A stretch of DNA of 64,000 nucleotides from Chiloscyllium plagiosum. Lineage: Eukaryota. A program made the position numbers and the translations under genes. The stretch covers positions 21,791,066 to 21,855,065 of the forward strand of contig NC_057718.1 of the NCBI RefSeq assembly GCF_004010195.1. Reading direction: 5' to 3'. Positions 38,935 to 48,372 of this stretch are shown here, piece after piece (position 1 is the first letter of the stretch; each line of letters starts with the position of its first letter). The notes under the pieces were generated by a model. That model saw only the letters and a program-made list of their open reading frames with translations, was not told the origin of the DNA and did no database searches.

Positions 38935-39020
38935 CTTCTGTGCACCTGCAAATGTATGGTAGTAACAGGAAACATAAGTCATAACAGCCCTTTCATCAGG
39001 TCTTCCTGAATCTACAGTGT
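38935..39020 (-). CDS. ACTN2: alpha-actinin-2 exon 8, first (upstream) alternative, 86 nt
   Basis: DTVDSGRPDERAVMTYVSCYYHTFAGAQK; CAG acceptor, GTGAGG donor; same length and phase as 38210-38295. Confidence 0.9.
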
Positions 39021-39804
39021 CTGTTTAGAAAGAAAATTGTTACTTTTTATAAATTTGCCAAAATTAATAACAGACTAACATTCTAGGTAAGAAAACCTTG
39101 GACAAATCAAATACCATCATTAAGTTAAATAAAAGTGCTCAACGCAAGAAATTGAGAATCAAGGATATCTATGCTTTCTGCATTTCCTTGGCATGACAGC
39201 CAAATGGGAATTGGAATGCAGTTGAGAACTTTTAATTGTAGATGATGAATTCCAGGCCTGCGGTCATTTTACTGAGAGTATAGCTTGTCAGCACACACTG
39301 TGAAGATTCCAATTAGTAGAGTAAATACTGGATCGTCGTCGACATCATCATCAAGAAATTACATAATGGTATATACAATACTAATCTGAAACTTCATCAG
39401 GTTCAAAACAGAAACAATCACCAAGCTACAGACCTGAATTGACATAAACTAATAAAACATGCAGTATAATAGTAATTTATAGAAATTTGGAGGTGACATG
39501 CAGGATCTACAAGTTAACTAATGAGTTGAACAGCTTTGCTACGTACATCACAAGTATAGGAGAAAAATGATAGCAGACCCATTCCAGAATACTCCCAGAT
39601 ACCCTGTAATGGTAACTTTGAGCTGTACTCATACTTAAAATTTCTAAAGATGTCTAAATGGAAACAATTGTGAAAACAGTCTTCCTCCACTCATCTCCCC
39701 ACCTCCTCCCAAATCCAAATGCAGTTACTCACTGTCCACACTCAATACATGAAAAAATACTGAGCATATTATTTAGGAAGATCTCCGATTTTATCTCTTG
39801 TATC

Positions 39805-40108
39805 AGCAGCACAGTGGCTTAGTGTTTAGCACTGCTGCCTTACAGCACCAGGGACCTGGGTTGGATTCCAGTCTCGGGCAGCTGACTGCATGGAGTTTGC
39901 ACATTCTCCCTGGGTTTCCTCCGGGTGCTCTGGTTTCCTCCCACAAACCAAAGATATGCAGGTTAGGTGAATTAGCCATGATAAGTTGTCCCATAGGTGT
40001 TCAGGGATGTGTAGGCGAGGTGCATTAGTCAGGGGGGATGGGTCTGGGTAGTTTACTCTTCAGAGGGTCGGTGCGGATTTGTTGGGTTGAACACTGTAGG
40101 GATTCTCT
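39805..40108 (+). mobile_element. HE1-like SINE (older subfamily)
   Basis: Head, central domain and tail align to 32498-32804. Confidence 0.85.
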
Positions 40109-40369
40109 GAGCTGAATCTCAGGTGAGGTGGCTATAGAAGTATACTAACTTTCTTGAGCTAATGAAAGGAAAGTTTACTGAAGTTAAGAACGAGAAACTT
40201 ATCATCTTGTACCCAATTTCTGCGTGGAAGTGGGGAAAACAAATTAATTTCTGGAAAGGACTGGGGGAGAAATTGAGTTCTGTTACAGTCTTGTATTGAG
40301 AAAGTTGAAACCCACATGTGCACCTACACTTCCACCCAGAAATAAATTGAATGCCACCTTAGTACCAAC

Positions 40370-41390
40370 ATAGGTGTAATGGACAGCGAAGGTTACCTCA
40401 GATTACAACGAGATCTTGATCAGATGGGCCAATGGGCTGAGAAGTGGCAGATGGAGTTTAATTTAGATAAATGGGGTGTGCTGCATTTTGGGAAAGCAAA
40501 TCTTTGCAGGGCTTGTACACTTAAGGTCCTAGGGAGTGTTGTTGAACAAAGAGATCTTGGAGTGCAGATTCATAGCTCCTCGAAAGTGGAGTCACAGGTA
40601 GAGCATGTGCCCGAAACGTCGAATCTTCTGTTCCCTAGATGCTGCCTGACCTGCTGTGCTGTTCCAGCAATAAAGTTTCAGCATTGCTGAACAAAGAGAC
40701 CTTGGAGTGCAGATTCATAGCTCCTCGAAAGTGGAGTCACAGGTAGATAGGACAGTGAAGGTGGCGTTTGGTATACTTTCCTTTATTGGTCAGGTATGGA
40801 ATCCAGGAGTTGAGAGGTCATGTTGCGTACAGGACATTGGTTAGGTCACTGTTGGAATATTGCATGCAATTCTGGTCTCCTTCATATTGGAAAGATGTTG
40901 TGAAACTTGAAAGGGTTCAGAAAAGATTTACAAGGATGTTGCCAGGGTTGGAGGATTTCAGCTACAGGGAGAGGTTGAATAGATTAGGACTGTTTTCCCT
41001 GAAGCATTGGGGGCTGAGGGGTGACCTGATAGAGGTTTATAAAACTCATAAGGGACATGGATAGGATAAATAAACAAAGTCTTTTCCCTGGGGGAGGGTC
41101 CAGAACTAGAGGGCATAGGTTTAGGGTGAGAGGGGTAACATATAAGAGACCTAAGGGGCAACTTTTTCCATGCAGTGGGTGGTACATGTATGGAATGAGC
41201 TGCCAGAGGAAGTGGTGGAGGCTAGTACACTTGCAACATTGAAAAGACATCTCGATGTGTATATGAATAGGAAGGGTTGGGAGGGCCAGGTGCGGGCAGG
41301 TGGGGACTAGATTGCATTGAGACATCTGGTTGGCATGGACGAGTTGGATCAAAGGGTCTGTTTCCATGCTGTACATCTCTATGACTATGA
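40370..41390 (+). mobile_element. CR1 3' portion containing an 81-bp PLE-type insertion (40603-40683)
   Basis: LQRDLDQMGQWAEKWQMEFN; LEYCMQFWSP; tail gtacatctctatgactatga. Confidence 0.9.
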
Positions 41391-42571
41391 ATAAAAGCAG
41401 ATAATTCATATAATGCTGGATTGTGCATGGATCAGTGCCAACTGCTTAGGTTGTACACTCACCATTGAGAAGGAAGACTCTACATAACAAGACAAGCTGT
41501 TACGAGGATGCTAACATTTTTCTACTGTCTCCACTAAGTATATCAGCGGAATAGAAGCTCTCCAGCAAACAATGCATCATTCATATAAAAAGATACATCA
41601 GGATTGCACAACGTGAGATCAACCATCAGCTTTTGGACAATGTTTTGGGGCAAGGGGCATTATTGCAACAAAGTGCAAAAATAACATGGGTCTATTTTAA
41701 GGAGCATTTATTTTTATTACTCCAGCATTTGAAGGCGGCAGGACACAAAAATAAAATTACTCCTCTAAATATTTTCTGTGCTTTTTATAAAAATCTTAGA
41801 TGTATTATCATTGACAGCAGTCCAGAAAGAGAGAAGGGAAGCAAATGGGTACATGGAAACAAAAATCCAGTCCTACAACCCTGTCACACCATTCAAAAAA
41901 AATCTTTTGATAGGTTTTGAAATTTCTATTTGACTTACTCTTAACAACTTTTTGTTAAAAGAGCAATCCGGATTTTAATTTCTTTTTACATCAGGCTGGG
42001 GTGGAGACAGAAATCATGGGCTCCAGGATCTGCTACTGGCCTCCTTACAGCCATAGTTATTAGGACCTGATGTCAGCAAATGGTTCTTGACATTCACCCC
42101 GAAAGCCTTAGCTCCAGTTCTAAAGTTGTGCTCAGCCTCTTCGTGATTCCATCTCCAGGTGAAATAGTTTCTCTCCTTCAACTGGCAGCAGCAGTTCTAA
42201 GGCAAGACTAGGTATGGGAAGAAGTATCGGCACCTGGGAGTGTACGGACTTCAGTGAAATGTGTTAAAAGAAGCTACCTGCAAATACTATTGGGTGAAGA
42301 CAACACTCTGCTCCTCTAGCTTCCGCACTAATATTTTCAGAAGTTTTTTTTTTAGAAAAACATAACTCTTGTTAATGGCCTCATCAGCTTAATTGACCAA
42401 AGAAAAATCCCAAGTGGATAAGGTCCTATACCCGCTCCAATTATTGCTAGCCAGTTTTCCAAAACAGAAAATGGGCACAATAAGATGGAAACAAAAGTCC
42501 AATTTCTTAGGCAGTGTTTATATTTTCATTCCAATTTTCTGATTACAAGAAGAATTTCAAAACTTCTTTAC

Positions 42572-42653
42572 CTTCTGCATCCAGCATCTTGGGAATATCC
42601 AGTTCTTTTTCTGCAATGTCCAAAGCAAGATTCAGGTTGTAAAGGGCATCATC
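42572..42653 (-). CDS. ACTN2: alpha-actinin-2 exon 7 (82 nt)
   Basis: DDALYNLNLALDIAEKELDIPKMLDAE; TAG acceptor, GTAAAG donor. Confidence 0.95.
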
Positions 42654-43538
42654 CTACATTTAGGAAACAAAAATGAGTCTTGACAGCAAATTAAAGTATC
42701 TACATTCAGTCATATATCTCTAATTTTGTTACTTGAATAGTAAGTAGAAAAAAGCCATAATGCTAGCCACGTGCAACATTTACAAATCACAACTGTGGTT
42801 TTAGTTAGCAACTACTTAAGTAACACTGCTGACATAAGGAACTATGTATACAGTCATAGTGCCTCAGAGTTAGAGTCCCATGTACACTAGAAGTGTGTTA
42901 TACCTTGTTTATGAATACCTACAACAGATACTCCTTGTCCCTAGTAACACCACTTCTGAATAGCAAGTTAACAAAAATCTGCTTCAACTGCAAAGATGCT
43001 TACTAGAAACAAGTGCAGAAATTAACCGGGATGGAGAATGAATGAACTTTGGCCATACGTGCATCATAATCTGTAGTTTTCTTAATGGCAACATTACTCA
43101 ACCAATGATAAATTACAACAATACTAAATGGTGATGTAAGCAATGTTGCATTTGTGGGATTAGATTTTACTTGTGTCCGGTTGATTGCCATCTTCACATT
43201 CATTATAAATGTTAAGTAGAAGATGAGGCAATTTGTTCCTTTTGACTTCAATGAAAATTTAAAGCAGAAGAGGCAAAATGAAGATGATTTACAGTGACCA
43301 GTTTTACATCAAGGCACATTATAAATCACCAAGAATGAGGTAACTTTTAACAATGTTCACCTTTGTATTGAAGCACAATGTTAAAATCTACCTCATTCTT
43401 AGCAGATTGTTTTTTTCAATTTGCAACATGAAAGTTTTTTTAAAAATCTATAAAGCAGGTGTATACTAAATAACTCTTGCAGTATATTATAATCAATCAG
43501 GTCGGGTTTGTGTTTAGGTCTGAGGGCAATAAATGCTC

Positions 43539-43761
43539 TAGGCAGAAGTGGGTATTGCAGATTAGAGTCAAGATTAGAGTGGTGCTAGAAAAGCCCAGCA
43601 GGTCAGTCAGCATCAGAGGAGCAGGAAAAATTGATGTTTCAGGCAAAAGCCCTTCGTCCTGGCCTCATTCCTGATGAAGGGCTTTTGCCAGAAATGTCGA
43701 TTTTTCCTGCTGCTCGGATGCTGTCTGACCTGCTGTGCTTTTCTAGCACCATTCTAATCTT
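43539..43761 (+). mobile_element. 223-bp palindromic PLE-type insertion with 14-bp target-site duplication
   Basis: ggcaataaatgctc 43525-43538 / ggcattaaatgctc 43762-43775; inverted arms about 43569-43655 / 43676-43762; CTGATGA...GAAA at 43671-43694. Confidence 0.85.
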
Positions 43762-45102
43762 GGCATTAAATGCTCATCCATTCTTTCAGCTACATGCATA
43801 GGCAACACCAAACCAGCCACAATGGGCCAACAAGACACATCAGAATGCATGCATTAAGAGAGAGAGAAGAGAAAGGATGTAATACAATGCCTGATACAAC
43901 TAAATGATTAAAGACAAACAATCAATTTGCAACATGGTATAGAAAAAAGACAGGAGAGTGAGTCAGCTGGAATAATTTTCTTTCTTAATTACAACATTAA
44001 TAATGATCTTTCAAATTATAATTAATACACAGTACAGACAAATTCCTTGTAATTTATTCACAAAGAAGCGAGTTAAGGTTGCTGGGCTTTATCTATCAAT
44101 AACATTACACAAACCGGCTCTGGTCACCATGGGCCCAAAATGCCCACTGTTGATGTCAGAGTGATGTATCAGAATCCCTAATAATACATCTAGTTGACTG
44201 TAGACTTCTTTATAAATTGTATTGACTGGATTATCTATATTTGGGGGTATGCACTCGAAGCTTGCAAATAAATTTCAGTCTCCCCACCTGGACATTTAAG
44301 ATCAAGCAGGGCCTGACTGTTCTGTTTGACATACCCTCAAGTTTTACAAGGCGATAACAATTTTGATTCGAAACAAAAGGTGTTTGGTCCTTTCTGATAA
44401 TGAATCATATAGAGACCTTCTGAGGCAGAAGATGTAATTTCAAAGGTAACCTTTGAACTCTTCGTCAAATAGTCTTTTAAGAAATGAGCAGGGCATCCAT
44501 AGAAAGTCACTCTTGTTGGAAAATGATTTGAGCCAAAAGTTCAGATTCAAGAATAAAATACGTCCGCCTCTTGGTGATAATAAATTCAAGCTTATCTGCT
44601 CATTAACAGCGAAATGGCCCTTATACTCAACAAGCACAGAGCAACTTTGCACATAGAATTCCTTTGCCTGGATTCAGTTTCCCTGATATCCCTACGTGAG
44701 TTCTCAAGGTGAACAGTGCTATGAGATGCACACACCACAGGGGTGTTAAAAGTCAACTTCCTGCTGTGAACCCATACTAATTTACTAGAATCTGACTGTT
44801 CTGAAATAGAAGGATGAAAATAAAAACATGGTCAAGTATTACAGATTATAAATGACAAATAACCCAGTTTATAAAATTATTAAAAAAAGGAACCTGAAAA
44901 AGCTGGAAGTACAAAACAGAAACAGAAAATGCTGGGAATGTGCTAAAAAGATCATTTAGCACCTTTAAAAAGACGATTTATTGTTTTGGATGTAACCTTT
45001 TGATCAGAAATAATATTTTTCCAAACAATTTTTCTCCTCAAGAATGCTATGTACGTCTAATATTTTTGATTTGTGCATGCAATTATAATTCAGTTTTCAC
45101 TT

Positions 45103-45392
45103 GGGGTGGCACTGCTGCCTCACAGTGCCAGGGATCCAGGTTCAATTCCAGCCTCGGGTGACTGTGTGGAGTTTGCACATTCTCCCATGTCTGCTTGAGT
45201 TTCCTCCAGGTGCTCCGGTTTCCTTCCTCAGTCTAAAGATGCAGGTTAGGTGAATTGGCTATGCTAAACTCCTTGTAGTGTTCAGGGGTATGTAGATTAG
45301 TTGCATTAGTCATGGGAAGTGTAGAGTGAGAGTAGGGAATGGGTCTGGGTGGGATACTCTGAGGGTCCGTGTGGACTTGTTGGACTGAATCC
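45103..45392 (+). mobile_element. HE1-like SINE (older, 5'-clipped)
   Basis: cactgctgcctcacagtgccagggatccaggttcaattcc...ggacttgttggactgaa. Confidence 0.85.
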
Positions 45393-45884
45393 CCACATAG
45401 ATGGAATCATAGGATCCCTACAATCTGCTATACTGCGACATCCATGGTAAGCTCACCCAAACACAAACTGATTGCAAAGGGTATTAACTGCAATCTGCAC
45501 CGTTAGCTTTGCCATATTATGCAGAAATAAATAAAAAGGGAAAAATCACAACATCCCTGAACTAACAGACACTGATAAATGGAAAATTCTGCAGAAGTGA
45601 CAGTATTAGTTGTTTGTTGTCACATTACAAGTGATTTTATCACCAAACTAGTGATTTATGCAGTTACGTAGAATTAAGTAGACATATATAATTTAAAGGT
45701 AAGCGAAAATGCTAAAGCATTCAAGATTTACTTTGAGGAACCTTTGGAAATGAGATTGAGCTGACTATGTACAGTAGGCAAAACCATCCACCTTGTTTAA
45801 TGAAGGACAATAAAAATCACAATCATGCAATAAAAACAAGCTGCATATAATGCACATTAGCATGCTGTCAATCAGACAGAAGAC

Positions 45885-45963
45885 CTTTCGTAGCTTGGAG
45901 TAGTCAATAAGGTCAGGACGATGTCTATGGATGAGCGCGCAGAGTGCAAGGCCATCTTTCCAG
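45885..45963 (-). CDS. ACTN2: alpha-actinin-2 exon 6 (79 nt)
   Basis: [29 protein letters not shown] acceptor, weak GTCTTC donor. Confidence 0.95.
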
Positions 45964-47074
45964 CTTTACAATGAGAGGAGCAAACAACAATTTAAATACA
46001 AATTATAACCATATTTTAATCAAACGAGCTTGAGAACCTGATACACAAATGTCAGCACATTCTAATCTTTCTAAATTTGTAAACCATCCTTTACAACAGT
46101 GCCTTGTTACTTTGTTATTACTTCATTGAAATTACAAATACAACGTATTAACCCAGTGGCAACCCAGTTGCCAGAGAACAAGTCAAGAAAACCCATGCAT
46201 GAATTCATGTGGGGTCATGGGAGATGTGGTGAGGAACCACTCATTCAAAGGCCCAATACCTGATCTGATGAGATAGCTGCTCTCAGTATGTGGAAATTGC
46301 ATCCTGGGATCCTTGATCCTGAGGAAGACCCACTGCTGTCCAGCCAAGTGCCTGAGTGTCACTTAATCTGGTGGGCTTTCCCAAAAAGAGGGCTCCCGCA
46401 GGCTGCGGTGCTGGTAGATGGGACAGTGTCACCTCCATCAAGTCCAGTCCCATAATTCTAAGATTTGCATGCAATTTTGTCAATTCTTCTCAATCCTTCA
46501 AAATTGTTACTGCAGGTATTTAATATCCAGTGGATTCAATTACGGGCAGACTGAATGTGTTACTGTTCAGAGAATTATGAAATGATGTCGCACAGGAGGA
46601 CAACATTTGGCCTATCGTACTTGAGCCAAATCAATGAAAGAGCTATCGGTTAAGACCCCTGCAAATGCTTCCCCTTCAAGTATTTAAACAATTACCTTAC
46701 GAAAAAAAACTACTTTCAAATTCTGCCACCCTTTCAGGTAGCATACTCCTGATCACAACTAGCTGTCTGAAAAACTCTCACCTTGACTCTGGTTGTTTTA
46801 TCAAGTAATTTAAAACTGTTCATAGTTAGTAGTTGCTAGATATTTCTCTTTGAATCATAAGGTTGGAGAAAAACACATTCTGAACAGCCATTCCATTCCC
46901 ACAAACTTGTGTAGATCACGTTTCGATTGTGACATCGCTTTAACAAAACAGTGAGCTGCAGTTTTTTTTTACAATTAAACAATTTCAACAATTAGAGCAA
47001 TTAAATGCAATTTTTCTCATTAACTGAAGGTGGCACTTTAGCTAGATTGAAGCAAAGTAAGATTTAAATTACAT

Positions 47075-47692
47075 ATGACTAAGAATCAGGAGTAGGCCAT
47101 TTTGCCCCTTAAGTCTGCTCAGCACGATCATAGATAGACAGATTGTAATCTCAAATCTGCACTTGCACATACCCTGAACTTTTCACCCCTTTCCTTACCA
47201 ATAATTGATCTACCTCTGCCTTAAAATTATTGTAGACTCTGCTTCCAAAGCCAATTCAAAAAGAGAGTTCCAAGGACTCCATTCCATCTGAGAGAAAGAT
47301 TTGCCTCATCTTGTTTTAAACCAGCAAATTCTTATTTTTAAGTGGCAATTCCTAGTTATAGATCCTCCCCATAAAAGAAAACATTCTCTCTACTTGTACC
47401 CTATTAAGACGTCTCAAGATCTTATATTTCCAGTCAAGTCATCTCTTACTTTTCTAACTTCAAACAAATACAAGCTGAGCCTGTGTAGCCATTCCTCATA
47501 ATACAACTCACTTGTTCCATTAATCTGGTAAACCTTCTCTGAACTACTTCCAATGCATTTACATCCTTCCTTAAATAAGGTGACCAATATGGTGCACAGT
47601 ACTTCAAATGAGGTCTCACCAGTGCCCTGTAAAACTGAAGCATAACCTCCCTACTTTGGTATTCAATTCCCCTTACAGTAAAAGATAATGTA
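47075..47692 (-). mobile_element. CR1 3' fragment
   Basis: VMLQFYRALVRPHLKYCAPYWSPYLRKD (ORF 47446..47697). Confidence 0.85.
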
Positions 47693-47915
47693 ATCAATGT
47701 TTACAATAAAAAAAACATGAAAAATTAAGCAACTATTCTACTATCTCCAAATTCTTGGTGTCCAGGAGAATGAGAAAATTGCAGTCCTCCAGTCTAAGAT
47801 AATGGGCCTAACATTACTAATGGTCAGCTCACAATTCTATATGCATACCTCTAGCACACACCACAATAAATTTAGCACATTCATCTTATAATTGCATGTA
47901 TATCCCCTGAACTTA

Positions 47916-48047
<132 letters not shown>

Positions 48048-48123
48048 TTAACAGTGATTACCATCAGATTAAAAAAATATTTAGTTAGATACATTAAATC
48101 AACAAGGCAAAAGTTCTTCATTT

Positions 48124-48322
48124 ACAAAAATGGAAATTGCTAGAGAAACTCAGCTGTGTGACAGCATCTGTGGAGAGAATGCAGAGTCCAGTGATCATCC
48201 TTTGGGACTGGAACATTAAGACTACCTTCTCTCAACAGACACTGGCAGACCTGCTGAGTTTCTCTAGCAATTTCTGTTTTTGTTTCATATTTGCAGCATC
48301 TGCAGTTCTTTGTTTCATTTTA
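48124..48322. mobile_element. old palindromic PLE-type insertion (ribozyme core largely lost)
   Basis: aaattgctagagaaactcagc at about 48134 and its reverse complement gctgagtttctctagcaattt at about 48253; same family as 18118. Confidence 0.65.
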
Positions 48323-48372
48323 AAATTCTTAGTACTCTGCCAGAAGCTATGTCTGACTCCGTGCCAATACCT

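Noticed and set aside
19540..45010. Further very old copies of the hairpin element near 19540-19730 and 44900-45010
   Set aside because: Too decayed to align the ribozyme core with confidence, so not counted.
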